DNA of 64,000 nt from an uncultured bacterium (GTDB lineage: Bacteria > Acidobacteriota > HRBIN11 > JAKEFK01), in NCBI GenBank assembly GCA_963777505.1, contig CAVZQN010000005.1, positions 64,001 through 128,000 of the forward strand, written 5' to 3'. Shown here in pieces: positions 21,491-33,400 of this stretch. The position numbers and the translations under genes are program-made. A model generated the notes under the pieces. It was given only the letters and a program-made list of their open reading frames with translations, searched no databases and was not told the DNA's origin. The stretch's first letter is position 1. Every line of letters starts with the position of its first letter.

Positions 21491-23186
21491 ACGTTTTTTC
21501 TATAATCTTCAATTCGATTTCTTTGCAGGATATTTCACGCATTTTGAATTTTTGGATTTTGCCTGTAACAGTCATTGGAAAGCTATCGGTAAAGCGCCAA
21601 TACCTTGGAACTTTGTAATGAGCAATTTTGCCTTGGCAATATGCGTGCAACTCTGTGGCTTCCACTTCGACTCCGTCTTTTAGAACCACCCAGGCCATGA
21701 CTTCTTCTCCGTAGAGTTCATCCGGAACGCCGATAACCTGGACGTCCTTGATTTTTGAATGTGAATACAAGAATTCTTCAATTTCTCTTGGATAAATATT
21801 TTCTCCACCGCGGATGATCATGTCTTTAGAACGGCCAACAATCTTCACAAAGCCTTCATCATCCATCACGGCAAGATCGCCTGTATGCATCCAGCGTGAA
21901 TGATCGATTGCATCAGCTGTGCCTTCCGGGTTGTTCCAATAACCAAGCATTACGATGTATCCACGCGAAAGAAATTCGCCAGTAACTCCGCGCGGAACTG
22001 TTGCGCCAGTAGAAGGGTCAATGATTTTACATTCAACATGAGGATGAGCGCGTCCAACGGTTGATACTTGTTTCTCAATTGGATCCTCAGGTTCGGTCTG
22101 ACAGGATACAGGCGAAGTTTCGGTCATGCCATAAGCAATCGTGATTTCATTCATATGCATGCGAGTCTTCACTTGTCTCATAACTTCAATGGGACACGGT
22201 GCTCCTGCCATAATCCCGGTTCGTAAACTCGTCAGGTCGTATGTATCAAAATCAGGAACAGCAAGCTCAGCGATAAACATAGTTGGCACACCATGCAGTG
22301 CTGTGCAACGTTCCTCCGAAACTGTTTTCATTGTCTGAACCGGATCAAAACCTTCAGAAGGCAAAACCATTGTTGCACCGTGCGTAATGCAAGCCAGATT
22401 TCCAAGCACCATACCGAAGCAATGATAAAAAGGAACGGGAATGCAGAGACGATCCTGATCAGTAAAGCGCATCCGTTCGCCGATGAAAAATCCGTTGTTG
22501 AGAATCGAATGGTGGCTTAATGTTGCGCCTTTCGGAAAACCGGTTGTACCGGATGTGTATTGAATGTTGATCGGATCATCAAAATTCAATTGCGATTGAC
22601 GGTTCTTGAGTTCATCATTCGAAATGTTTTCAGTGCGTGTCAAAATATCGGTCCAGGAAAAGGTTCCGTCAGCGGGTCTGGAGCTCAATCGGATTACAGT
22701 TCGTAGCTGCGGAATTTGCTTTGAATGCAATTGTCCCGGAGCGCATTGATTCAGCTCGGGACAAACCTCCCGAAGAATTTCTTCATAGTTAGAAGTTTTG
22801 AATCGTTCACAAATAATTAAGGCGGAACATCCGGATTGCCGGAGTGCATATTCTAATTCAGTGACACGATATGCAGGATTGATGTTGACAAGAATGGCTC
22901 CAATTTTTGCGGTTGCTAATTGCGTGACAATCCATTCAAAGTTATTGATCGACCAGATTCCAATTCGATCTCCTTTTGCAATTCCACACGCCATCAATCC
23001 CCGCGCGAAGCGATCACATATCTCGCGCAATTCTGCGTAAGTCAGCCGAACGTTTTGATGTCTTGAAATAACAGCCTGGTTGTGCGGGAACTGCTCAACT
23101 ATCCGATCAAAAAAGTCGCCAATTGTTGATCCAATCAGCGGAACTGTGGATGTTCCATGAGCATAGGATAGATGTTTCGGATCCAT
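21480..23186 (-). CDS. AMP-binding acyl-CoA synthetase (ACSF2-like)
   Basis: [25 protein letters not shown] and [20 protein letters not shown] motifs. Start placed at MDPKHLSY. Confidence 0.93.
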   Translation of the reverse strand: MDPKHLSYAHGTSTVPLIGSTIGDFFDRIVEQFPHNQAVISRHQNVRLTYAELREICDRFARGLMACGIAKGDRIGIWSINNFEWIVTQLATAKIGAILVNINPAYRVTELEYALRQSGCSALIICERFKTSNYEEILREVCPELNQCAPGQLHSKQIPQLRTVIRLSSRPADGTFSWTDILTRTENISNDELKNRQSQLNFDDPINIQYTSGTTGFPKGATLSHHSILNNGFFIGERMRFTDQDRLCIPVPFYHCFGMVLGNLACITHGATMVLPSEGFDPVQTMKTVSEERCTALHGVPTMFIAELAVPDFDTYDLTSLRTGIMAGAPCPIEVMRQVKTRMHMNEITIAYGMTETSPVSCQTEPEDPIEKQVSTVGRAHPHVECKIIDPSTGATVPRGVTGEFLSRGYIVMLGYWNNPEGTADAIDHSRWMHTGDLAVMDDEGFVKIVGRSKDMIIRGGENIYPREIEEFLYSHSKIKDVQVIGVPDELYGEEVMAWVVLKDGVEVEATELHAYCQGKIAHYKVPRYWRFTDSFPMTVTGKIQKFKMREISCKEIELKIIEKTFRS

Positions 23187-23193
23187 ACTGTAC

Positions 23194-26100
23194 TTAGCGT
23201 ATTTGCGGTAAAAGTTCTTCAAAACACGTACCAAGAGCAACGATCAATTGATCCCCATCCATTTTTGAAAAAGGCATTGGTGGGCGGATTTTGAGAACGT
23301 TATGGAAAGGGCCATCGGTGCCGAGCAAGACTCCGAGTTCGCGCATACGATTCACTATGTATGACGCTTCCTCGCTTGCCGGTTCAAGAGTTTCACGATT
23401 GCGAACCAGTTCTACTCCAAGGAAAAGACCGGAGCCGCGCACATCGCCAATCAACGGATAGTTCAGTTGCAGCTGTTTCAACTGTTGCAGCATGTAGGAC
23501 CCAACATTTAATGCATGATCTTGAAGTTTTTCTTCCAAAACAATTTTAAGAACGGTCAATCCGATTGCACACGAAACAGTGTTGCCGCCGAACGTGCTGA
23601 AAAACTCCATCCCATTATCAAAGGACGCTGCAATTTCTTTTGTTGTAACTACAGCACCGATCGGATGTCCGTTGCCGATAGGCTTTCCTAAAACAACAAT
23701 GTCAGGCACGACGTTTTGTGATTGAAATCCCCAGAAGTGTGTGCCGATACGTCCGTAGCCTGTTTGTACTTCATCTGCAATACAAACTCCGCCTGAATCT
23801 CGCACGCGTTTATATACTGCTGAAAGATAACCATCCGGAAATAAGATTTGTCCACCGACACTCGGACAGGATTCAGCAAGAAATCCTGCAATCCCTTTAT
23901 TTGTCCGAGCAATTATTTCAGAAATTTCCGCTGCATGGTTTTCAATGGTTTTTTTATTACGATACGGATCTGCAAGTGAAGCAACATGAACCCAATCGGG
24001 TGTGCCTTCGCCGCCTGGGCCATTGTGTTTATAGGGGCTTATGTCGATCAAAGTTGTGGTTATACCGTGATAAGCAGCATCGAGGACTATCATGTCACGA
24101 CGTTTTGTGTGAGCACGCGCAAGCCTGATTGCAAGTTCGTTTGCTTCGCTTCCGGAATTTACGAAAAAACAAACACGTAATGGTTCAGGAAGCGTGCTAC
24201 ATAATTGTTCCGCATACAGATTGATCAGATCATGCAGGTAACGCGTATTCGTGCTTAAAACATTCATTTGTTGTTGCGCAGCTTTTACGACACGGGGATG
24301 GCAATGACCAACATGCGGAACATTGTTGTAAGCATCGAGATATTTCTTTCCATTTTCATCGTACAAATACTGCATCCAGCCGCGAACAATCTTGACAGGA
24401 TTACGATACGAGAGCTTTACGTTTGCGCCTATTGCATTTTTGCGATCCGCGAGAGTCTCTCCCTTCGATGCTTCGGAAATGGGAAGTTTCAAAATCAAAT
24501 TTGGATCGGGTGAGAAGGCAGACCAGACTTCGCGTTCGCTCGCACGAAAAACACCGGGAAAATCGCAATCAAGTTCCAGCGGATCCAGGATGATTTGAAG
24601 ATGCAAATGAGTAGGCCATCCACCATTCACATCTTGTTCGCCGATGGTTCCCAGCTGTTCACCGGCAGAAATTTGTTTCCCAACTGAAAAGCTCGCAAGT
24701 GATTCAACATTGAGATGCCCATACAAGACATAAAAAGTATGCCCAGCATTCGTTGAATGTTTCAAAATCACAAGAGCCCCATAATCCTGAGGCCCTGTGT
24801 TGTTCGCAAATGCATGTACTTCACCGTCAAGTGGTGCAAATACTTTCGTGCCTGGTTCTGCAAAAAGATCCATTCCCATGTGGATCGTACGTCTTTCAAG
24901 CGAGGGGTGTGTGGATGCAAAAACTTCTGATGTATAGAGATTGCGCGGCTCATTGTATCGTCCGACTGCCACACGAACATTCGCGGAGTTCTTTTCCTGC
25001 AAAATGCGTTGACCTAATTGGGTTGCTTCATTCTCGAGTGCATTGCCGCTGAGAAGAGGGCTTGAATAACTTAAATCCAACACAATGAAGGGTTCTTTAT
25101 GCAAATCAATATCTAATACAGATCGGAAAGAATTTGCGTTGAGCCAATCACAAATAGCTTTAACATTGCGCAACGCAGGTAACCCGCAGGCATGTCGTAA
25201 TGTCGCTTCTGCAAATCTTGGATGGATCTTACTTATTTGAGGCAAAGTATTACGGATTGAGCGCTGACTGATCGTTAGATATTCATCATTCGGCCGCTGC
25301 TTTTGTTGATCTGCTGCGATGCAAATGCTCATACACAACCGTAGGCAAACAAATCCCCACAGTGACGAAAGTTCAGCTTCAGTTAGCGGATAAACCTGAT
25401 GATAACCGCGGACGATGATTGCGGCTGTTTCAAGTGGATCCGGTTTGTTCAGGATTGCATACGCAATTGCGATAGCCAGATTGCAGACAGTATAGCTGTA
25501 AACCATATCGCCGAAATCAAGAATTCCAACAATCTTCTGGTTTCGGGTGAACAAGTCATTTCCACCGCCTGCAAGAATATTGTGATCATTTGCGTCATTG
25601 TGAATGATGCTACGGCGCAGAGACTTGATGTTGGGCAGCGTTGTGCGTTTAAATTCCGTTGCTAATGTGTTCACAAGATCACGGATTGGTGGATCTTCGA
25701 TCAGCGCTTCATATTGATTGATAATCTGTAATCCGTTTGCGAGGTCCCAATAAAAATCGCGATGGAGGGAAGGATGATCAAAATCCGCGAGGGCATGATC
25801 AAGCGTTGCAACCGCACGTCCAAGATCCTCAAGTAAATCAGGTGAATGCCGTTTGACATTCGCGAGTGGAATGCCATCCAGATAATGCACTAAACGAACG
25901 AGGTGGGATTGTCCATCTTTCGATGTAGTTTCAACCGCGAATTCACCGGTCCGCGCTTTTACGATGCGAGGACACAGATCCGTATGTTTAGAAAGATGAA
26001 TCAGGGCTTGATTCTGTGCTTCCAGCAATCCGCGATCATCAGCAGAGCTTGAAATTTTTAGTACATACTTTTTGCCATCATCTGCTTCCAGCAAAAAGTT

Positions 26101-26211
26101 CTGATCTCTCTCGCTGGGCAATGGCTGCGCTGTTGCTCGAATGCCATAAAGCTGTAGTGTGAGGTTAAGAGCATCCTCCATTGTGAAACGTGGAGCATTT
26201 TGCAAATTCAT
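23194..26211 (-). CDS. Fusion of APH-like kinase, M23 peptidase-like domain and class-III PLP aminotransferase (hydroxylysine kinase/phospho-lyase-like)
   Basis: [16 protein letters not shown] and DFGD (kinase). HMGMD and HLH (M23). [28 protein letters not shown] and STFGGN (aminotransferase). Confidence 0.92.
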   Translation of the reverse strand: MNLQNAPRFTMEDALNLTLQLYGIRATAQPLPSERDQNFLLEADDGKKYVLKISSSADDRGLLEAQNQALIHLSKHTDLCPRIVKARTGEFAVETTSKDGQSHLVRLVHYLDGIPLANVKRHSPDLLEDLGRAVATLDHALADFDHPSLHRDFYWDLANGLQIINQYEALIEDPPIRDLVNTLATEFKRTTLPNIKSLRRSIIHNDANDHNILAGGGNDLFTRNQKIVGILDFGDMVYSYTVCNLAIAIAYAILNKPDPLETAAIIVRGYHQVYPLTEAELSSLWGFVCLRLCMSICIAADQQKQRPNDEYLTISQRSIRNTLPQISKIHPRFAEATLRHACGLPALRNVKAICDWLNANSFRSVLDIDLHKEPFIVLDLSYSSPLLSGNALENEATQLGQRILQEKNSANVRVAVGRYNEPRNLYTSEVFASTHPSLERRTIHMGMDLFAEPGTKVFAPLDGEVHAFANNTGPQDYGALVILKHSTNAGHTFYVLYGHLNVESLASFSVGKQISAGEQLGTIGEQDVNGGWPTHLHLQIILDPLELDCDFPGVFRASEREVWSAFSPDPNLILKLPISEASKGETLADRKNAIGANVKLSYRNPVKIVRGWMQYLYDENGKKYLDAYNNVPHVGHCHPRVVKAAQQQMNVLSTNTRYLHDLINLYAEQLCSTLPEPLRVCFFVNSGSEANELAIRLARAHTKRRDMIVLDAAYHGITTTLIDISPYKHNGPGGEGTPDWVHVASLADPYRNKKTIENHAAEISEIIARTNKGIAGFLAESCPSVGGQILFPDGYLSAVYKRVRDSGGVCIADEVQTGYGRIGTHFWGFQSQNVVPDIVVLGKPIGNGHPIGAVVTTKEIAASFDNGMEFFSTFGGNTVSCAIGLTVLKIVLEEKLQDHALNVGSYMLQQLKQLQLNYPLIGDVRGSGLFLGVELVRNRETLEPASEEASYIVNRMRELGVLLGTDGPFHNVLKIRPPMPFSKMDGDQLIVALGTCFEELLPQIR

Positions 26212-26266
26212 ATAAATAGTATGAACCACAAAGGCTCAAAGCGCCTCAGCGACTCTGCGGTTCATG

Positions 26267-27340
26267 TTATCCGGAAATCACTTCATCCTTTAATGACTGC
26301 ATATCGATAACAAACCGATACTTAACATCACTCCGCAGCAGACGGTCATAGGCTTCATTCACTTGCTGAATCTTGATCATTTCGATGTCACAGGCGATAC
26401 CATGATCGGCGCAGAAGTTCAGCATCTCTTGAGTTTCGAGAATTCCACCGATTGGCGAACCGGAAAGGTTTCGTCGTTTGAAGATTAAGTTGAAAGCTTT
26501 AATAGGCGATGGTTTTTCAGGAGCGCCGACAAGTGTTAGTGTTCCATCACGTTTGACTAACTCAAGATAGGCATTGATATCATGTGCTGCGGAGACCGTG
26601 TCAAGAATGAAGTCAAAACTGTTTGCATGTTTCAACATTTCATCAGGATTCTTTGAAATAACAACTTCGTGAGCTCCAAGACGTATTGCATCCTCAGTTT
26701 TGCCGGGTGAAGTTGTAAAGAGTACAACCCTTGCGCCAAATGCATTTGCGAATTTCACTGCCATATGACCGAGACCACCAAGGCCCACAACACCAACTTT
26801 TTTTCCTTCGCGAACATTCCAATGCCGCATAGGTGAATACGTTGTGATGCCTGCACACAACAACGGTGCTACTGCTGCAAGATTCTTAACTTGAGGCACC
26901 TTCAATACAAAGGCTTCATCGACAACAATACTTTCGGAATAACCTCCGAGTGTTTTTCCGCCAAGATGTTTATCATCAGCGTTATACGTAAAAACAACAT
27001 TATCGCAAAATTGTTCCTGCCCTTCACGGCATTGAATACACGTACGGTCGGAATCAACCATACAGCCAACAGCAACAAGATCGCCTTCCTTAAATTTTTT
27101 AACGCTGCTTCCAACTTTGACAGCGCGACCGACAATTTCATGACCCGGCACACAAGGGTAAACGGTAGGTAAACCGGCCTCTTCCCACTCATTTCGAACC
27201 TGATGCAAATCGGAATGACAGACACCACAATATAGGATTTCAATTTGCACATCTTGCGCACCTGGATCGCGTCGTTGAATCAATCCCGGAGCCATTGGTG
27301 AAGATTCGCCCTTCGATATATATGCTTTGCTCGTTTGCAT
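26267..27340 (-). CDS. Zn-dependent NAD(P)-dependent alcohol dehydrogenase (CAD/YahK-like)
   Basis: YCGVCHSD, PGHEIVG, APLLCAGITTYSP, GLGGLGH and VKYRFVID motifs. Confidence 0.95.
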   Translation of the reverse strand: MQTSKAYISKGESSPMAPGLIQRRDPGAQDVQIEILYCGVCHSDLHQVRNEWEEAGLPTVYPCVPGHEIVGRAVKVGSSVKKFKEGDLVAVGCMVDSDRTCIQCREGQEQFCDNVVFTYNADDKHLGGKTLGGYSESIVVDEAFVLKVPQVKNLAAVAPLLCAGITTYSPMRHWNVREGKKVGVVGLGGLGHMAVKFANAFGARVVLFTTSPGKTEDAIRLGAHEVVISKNPDEMLKHANSFDFILDTVSAAHDINAYLELVKRDGTLTLVGAPEKPSPIKAFNLIFKRRNLSGSPIGGILETQEMLNFCADHGIACDIEMIKIQQVNEAYDRLLRSDVKYRFVIDMQSLKDEVISG

Positions 27341-27473
27341 TTTGCATTCCTCCTTTCAACAATAAATGTAACAATTTAACTTGAATGGGGCACTAACAAA
27401 TTGCGCCAATGAACTCGCAAAACGCGCCATGTGGATTACTCCAAGGATGCAAAGCTGATAGAATCTCCGGGCT

Positions 27474-29468
27474 ATGACGAGGTGGAATTCAGGAAAACTG
27501 GCGTCGATAATTTTCTTGATCGCACTCACTTTTTACATTTACACGATGGCTCCCGTTGTAACATTCGTAGACAGCGGGGAACTCGCCGCCGTTGTTGGAA
27601 CTCGCGGAGTTTCGCATCCTACAGGATTTCCTTTATATTCTCTGCTAACTTCCCTTGTTGCCGCCGTTCCGGTCGGATCATTGATCCGTCGATTGAATTC
27701 ATTTTCAGCGCTCTGTGCAGCAATCAGCGTTGCTATGACTTATCTGATTTTTCAGAAAATCCTCAAGGACGTTTCGTCAAAGAAAAGGAAAACGAAAAGT
27801 AAATCTATTGGATTGCCTCTGGTTGAGATGGCATGGGTGGGCTCATCAGCTGCAGCATTCGCATGGATGACGAATCGCGCTTTATGGAGCACTGCAACCG
27901 TGACGGAAGTTTATGCTCTTCACGCAATGCTCCTGACGATCTTTTGTTTCTTACTGATTTCGTACTCCAGGAGCATTGAGCCCGCATCCACAAAGTATTT
28001 AGCTTTAGCATTTCTGATCGCAGGATTGGGAATCTCAAATTATCCCCCTTTTGCAATTCTTGCGCCTGCTGTTCTGTTCTATCTATATAAGAAGCGGCCT
28101 TCATCGATGAAATGGAAAAACATGCTATGGATGTGTGGTCTGTTCGCAGGCGGATTGCTTCCTTATATATTGCTACCCATCCGCGCTAATTCTGACCCGC
28201 TACTGAATTGGGGAAACCCTTCTAGCTGGGAACTCTTTTGGAATCATGTTTCGGCAGCACAATACAAAATCTTTCTAGGCAAACCAAACTTTGCACACCT
28301 TTCAGATGCAATTCTTCTGTGGTGGGATCAGTGGCCCGTACCAATTTGGCTGTTAATGGTTTCTGGAATTGTTTTTATTTTCAGAATGAGACGCGATGAG
28401 TTTTTTTTCACATTCATTATAGGGATTACAAATATCCTCTATGTTTTAAGTTATGACATCGTAGATGTTTCGAGCGCCCCAAGCGATTATTATGCATATC
28501 TTTTGCCTCTGTGCTGCGTAAGCTCCATTTGGATCGGCGCAGGGGTACAGTGGATTGTTGTAACGATCCAAAAACTTTCGATCAATCCTCAAATAGTGCG
28601 TACTATATGTATAGTACTATTAATTGGAATCCCTGTTGGCACAGCCGGGGCTTTTTGGGGGCAGTCCAATCGGCGGCAATATGTTTATGCTGATGACTTT
28701 GCTCGCAGCATCCTTGTGTCATTGCCTCGCAATTCACTTGTGCTCACACATGATTGGACCTTCGTTTCACCGGCATTGTATCTACAACATATTGAACAGG
28801 TTAGACCCGATGTGGTTGTTCTCGATACAGAGCTTTTGCGCCGTAGCTGGTATTTCAAATATGTGAAAAAAGTAGCCCCATGGCTGCTTCAATCAAACGA
28901 ACGGCAAATTTCAGCATTTGTGGCAGAGCTTGCAAAATATGAATCGGGTATTCCGTACGATGCTAATTTGATAACCGAAAAATATGTAGCGATGATCAAT
29001 GGTTTTGTCTCTACAAGCCTTTACGATCAACATCCTGCACACATTCTTTTGAACCTGGAAGCAAAAGAAGCCGATCCGCAAACATTCAGAGAATGGGAAC
29101 GATCGTTAGGTAGACCTCCATTTATTACACTTGGCGTAATGCCAAATGCAATCGGGGCAGGCTATCAATGGGTTCCCGAAAGTCTTGCGTTCAGACTCTA
29201 TGCAGACAACAAAATCCATTCTTTGCAGCCAATAACTGTACCTCCACGATCGATTGATCAAAGCCGTGAATATGATCCTGTTACGCGCGGAGTATTTGCT
29301 CGTTATGCGGAATTCTGGAGATGGCGTGGTGATTATTTGAGGTCTCGCCAGAATTGTACTGACGCAATAGAAAGTTATGAACGCGCGAGGCAAATCTTGC
29401 CTGAACTGAAGGAAGTGTCTGAAGGCTTAAGTGTTTGTGTTGAAACACTTTTGACAAACGAACAATAA
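27474..29468 (+). CDS. DUF2723 (TMEM260-like) membrane glycosyltransferase with C-terminal TPR
   Basis: DSGEL, GVSHPTGFPLY, TEVYAL, LPIRA...LNWGNP and RPDV motifs. Many TM helices. Confidence 0.9.
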   Translation: MTRWNSGKLASIIFLIALTFYIYTMAPVVTFVDSGELAAVVGTRGVSHPTGFPLYSLLTSLVAAVPVGSLIRRLNSFSALCAAISVAMTYLIFQKILKDVSSKKRKTKSKSIGLPLVEMAWVGSSAAAFAWMTNRALWSTATVTEVYALHAMLLTIFCFLLISYSRSIEPASTKYLALAFLIAGLGISNYPPFAILAPAVLFYLYKKRPSSMKWKNMLWMCGLFAGGLLPYILLPIRANSDPLLNWGNPSSWELFWNHVSAAQYKIFLGKPNFAHLSDAILLWWDQWPVPIWLLMVSGIVFIFRMRRDEFFFTFIIGITNILYVLSYDIVDVSSAPSDYYAYLLPLCCVSSIWIGAGVQWIVVTIQKLSINPQIVRTICIVLLIGIPVGTAGAFWGQSNRRQYVYADDFARSILVSLPRNSLVLTHDWTFVSPALYLQHIEQVRPDVVVLDTELLRRSWYFKYVKKVAPWLLQSNERQISAFVAELAKYESGIPYDANLITEKYVAMINGFVSTSLYDQHPAHILLNLEAKEADPQTFREWERSLGRPPFITLGVMPNAIGAGYQWVPESLAFRLYADNKIHSLQPITVPPRSIDQSREYDPVTRGVFARYAEFWRWRGDYLRSRQNCTDAIESYERARQILPELKEVSEGLSVCVETLLTNEQ

Positions 29469-29546
29469 GATCCGGCGCGTTTTTTGTTGAACAATTCATA
29501 CCATTCTGTTATTCTCACTTCCAACAAATTAGTGGAGGACAGGGAT

Positions 29547-29939
29547 ATGAGACAAAAGCCCTTAGTGTATCTACTACCGTTAGTGTTACTATCTTTCACC
29601 GCGATCTGTTTTGCGGGAGCATTTCCAAAATCCGTAATGCTCCACCCAAAAGCAGGCGCAACATTTAGTCCAGGTGAAAAAGTTACGATCCGTTGGAAAA
29701 TCACTGATGCTGATAAAGCCGTGTTTTGCGAACAGGAAATCTATCTGATCGTTGGGGACGTAAAATATCAAATCAGTCCAGAACTTCAAAAAGACGTTCG
29801 CAAATACAAATGGGTTGTGCCAAATATTCCCGCTGAAAAGGCATATCTCGAATTGCATCTTGGCTGTGAAAGGGGATCAGCATTTGAAGCTGCGTACGTT
29901 CAAAAGAATCATCCCATCACGATTCGAGAAGATCAGTAG
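29547..29939 (+). CDS. Small secreted hypothetical protein (Ig-like/beta-rich)
   Basis: GGAGG RBS, then a signal peptide. P..G..FSPGEKVTIRW and YKWVVP pattern. Confidence 0.65.
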   Translation: MRQKPLVYLLPLVLLSFTAICFAGAFPKSVMLHPKAGATFSPGEKVTIRWKITDADKAVFCEQEIYLIVGDVKYQISPELQKDVRKYKWVVPNIPAEKAYLELHLGCERGSAFEAAYVQKNHPITIREDQ

Positions 29940-30010
29940 TTGCAGTTCAACTTTAGCTTTTGTTGAATTGTGACAATTTGTATCCGTGGATCGAACTGAA
30001 GGACTAAATC

Positions 30011-30412
30011 GTGAACTTTCCATTAGTCTCTAACAGACAAATTTTATTCCTAATACTCTCTTCTTTGCTTTATTCACTGTCTATTTATGCTGATTCTCAA
30101 TTAGGAAAGACAGTGGTCCAATTGAAAGAAGGAGAAAGTGCGTTCGTTCCTGGAACAGAGATCAAAATTGTTGTTAAATCTGTGATCGACTTAACATCTT
30201 CGGGATGCATGGGGGGGCCGATTGGTTGCCGCGATCAAGTAACAATCGAGATTCAGTCCAGTAAGGACAACAGGCTGGAGGTAGTTCTTGAGACTGCCAA
30301 AACTGTGGATCAAAAAAAGCGAAAGATCGACCAAACATCCATTCACGGGAAAACGATTCGTTTGATTCGTCTCAACAAAAAGGAAGTAGAACTTGTTGTG
30401 GAGAATCCTTAA
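30011..30412 (+). CDS. Secreted hypothetical protein
   Basis: Signal-peptide-like N-terminus. LKEGESA and a Cys pair (GCMGGPIGC). Confidence 0.6.
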   Translation: MNFPLVSNRQILFLILSSLLYSLSIYADSQLGKTVVQLKEGESAFVPGTEIKIVVKSVIDLTSSGCMGGPIGCRDQVTIEIQSSKDNRLEVVLETAKTVDQKKRKIDQTSIHGKTIRLIRLNKKEVELVVENP

Positions 30413-30488
30413 GGGATGAAACGAACCATTGACTCCTGAGATGCGTATCACAAAAAAATTCAAAACCCATCATAAGGAGGGGCTTTTG

Positions 30489-33400
30489 ATGAAAAAGACT
30501 CCAGGTATTTCTCTCATCGTGCTATTGATGATTTTTATCAGTGGCGCACTTTTCAATCTCAACGCTGAATCCAAGAAGAAAGATAAACCCGCCGCGAAAG
30601 ATTCAATGCGGTACTACTACGATAATAAAGCTGTATTTGAAAAATTATCGGGAGCCGCACAATCGGCATTAATCCGTGCATACGGACCCAAAAAGGGAGT
30701 AGGTACTTTAGGAACACCGAAAGAGAATCCTAAAGGTAAACTGAATCCAACAGCTCCGAATGCCGTAATTGTGAATGTACCGGTAAATAATCCTGCATTG
30801 GATTTAACGGCTCAGAATACTCAGAGCGAAACCAGTATTGTTCTCGCTGATGGCAACATAGTTGTTGGCTACAACGATTCCGGTGAATGTACTAATCTTT
30901 GTGCTGCAGACGAACATTTTACCGGATTTTCGTATTCGACAAATGGCGGTACATCTTTTGTTGATGGAGGCGCGCTTCCGGATGATCCTGTTGCTAATTT
31001 CGGAGATGTAGGCGATCCCGTTCTTGGGTACGACGTTACAAATGATATTGTTCATTTCTCAGCACTGGGTATGAATTTTCCTACAGGAGATGGACCCAGC
31101 TTAAAGTGTTTTCGATCTACAGATGGTGGGATCACATGGTCTACGCGAGTTGATTGTACACCTGGATTTGCGGCCACCGATTTTCAGGATAAGCAGTGGA
31201 TAGCCGTAGACAATTTTGCCGGTGCAGGACAAGGAAATGTCTACCAGGTATGGCGGCAATTCTCCGGCTCAAACCCACAAGGGATCCGATTTGTCCGTTC
31301 AACAGATGGAGGCCTGACATGGGGACCTTCACCTGGTACTTTAATTGCAAATCAGGGCTCTTTTAACGTTCAAGGTGCTTTTGTTGCTGTAGGACCTGAT
31401 CATGCAGTTTATGTTTTTTGGCTAGATCAAAGTGCTGGTAGCGGTACCGCTCACATACTGAAAGGTAGAAAGTCGACTGATCAAGGTGTTACGTGGAGTG
31501 CAGCGGCCAATATGTACACCTTCACAAATACACTTACAAACGGAAACCTGAATCTAACTGGCGGTTTCCGATCGAATTGTTTCCCGCACGCTGTTGTTAT
31601 TCCGGCAGGAACGAATGCGAATACTATCGTGCTTACATTTAATGACAATGATTCAGTGAATGGAGATCCTGATATCTATTCTGTGGAATGTGACGCAGGG
31701 GATATTACGACTTGTGCTGGGAAGGTTCAAGTCAACACTGAGTCAGTCAATAATCAACAATTCATGCCCACGCTTGCGACTACACCAGATGGAGGCGCTA
31801 CGTTTTTCACCTGGTATGACCGTAAGAATGATCCAGGTAATATGCTCATTGAAAGATTCGGTAGGATTTTTAGTGGCGGCGGAAGTACTGTCGACTTTGT
31901 AATGAGTGACAATCCGTTTTTGCCTGTTTTCGGATCGGATCCGGTCGTCAATTCAACTTACATGGGTGATTACGATCACGCAGTTGCTGATAACGCCTTT
32001 TTCTACGCATCGTTTTTGGATACGGAGGAAGGAAGCCAGGATGTTGTCTTTGCAAAGGTTCCTAGGACCGGTCCTGGAACGATTTTAAGTCGTGGTGCCG
32101 TCACAATCGATGATAGCGGCGGCAACAATAATGGAACTGTCGAGTTCAACGAATGCTTGACGATGAATGTTGCTTTAAATAATTTCGGCACAAGCACCGC
32201 TACCGGTGTGAATGCGACGTTGAGTACAACGACACCGGGTGTAACAGTTACAAATGCCGTCTCAGCGTATCCCAACATTGCCATTGGCGGAACTCAAACA
32301 AACTCCACTCCTTTCCAATTTGAAACATCACCAAGTTTCGCCTGCGGTACGCCGATTGAATTCACTTTAAATGTCACTACCAGTTCATCCGATCCGAGTG
32401 GAGGTGCTTCATTTAGCTTCACATTTACGATACCTACTGGTTTGGGAACTCCAGTGCCATTCGATAACAATACAGTCACACCTTTAGTTGATGCCGGGAC
32501 CGTAAATATTCCATTTAATGTAAGTGGATTCACAGGAGCTATTGGCAAGGTGACATTCTCTTTCCACACTACACATACATGGGACGGAGATTTAGATATT
32601 ACGCTGATCGCCCCCGATGGAACCGAAGTAGACTTAACAACGGATAATGGTGGCAGTCTAAATAACTTCGGTTCAAACTGTTCAAGCCGCACCGTTTTTG
32701 ATGACGCGGCGGCAGCATCGATTACCGCTGCTTCTCCACCGTACGTCGGTACGTTCCGGCCGGAAGAAGCGCTCACAGGCTTTGACGGGTTATCCGGAAC
32801 TGATGTGAATGGCACATGGATGCTGCGGATTACGGATGATACATCTGTTGATACCGGCAGTTTCCAATGCGGTTCACTGTTCTTGACTCCATTGACTTGT
32901 ACAGATGGAGGTGGCGCTTGTGGTGGCGGCGGTTGTGCGGATCCACCCGTAATTACAACAACAACTTTGCCAGATGGAACTGATGGCGTTGCATATAGTC
33001 AGACGGTGCAAGCTACAGACGGAACTCCGCCATACACCTGGTCTATAAGCGCAGGTACTCTGCCTACCGGACTGACTCTTAACACATCGACGGGTGAAAT
33101 TTCAGGTACGCCTACCGCTACTGGTACATTCAACTTCACTGTGATGGTCACTGATACAGTTGCAGGCTGCGAAGATACGCAGGCTCTCAGTATCACGATC
33201 GATCCTGCGGCAGCTTGTTCATATGAGGAACTGTTCAGTGATGGTACGTTGACCTACCTCGAATTGAATCCGGAAGTAACAGAGGCGAATGACTTTTTGA
33301 ATTTGGATCCAACAAAGAAAAAAGCCTACGCAACCTCTGGTACCGATTTTACGGCTCAGCAAAATGGAACGATTACAGCCGAGGTACAATTCGCATCAGG

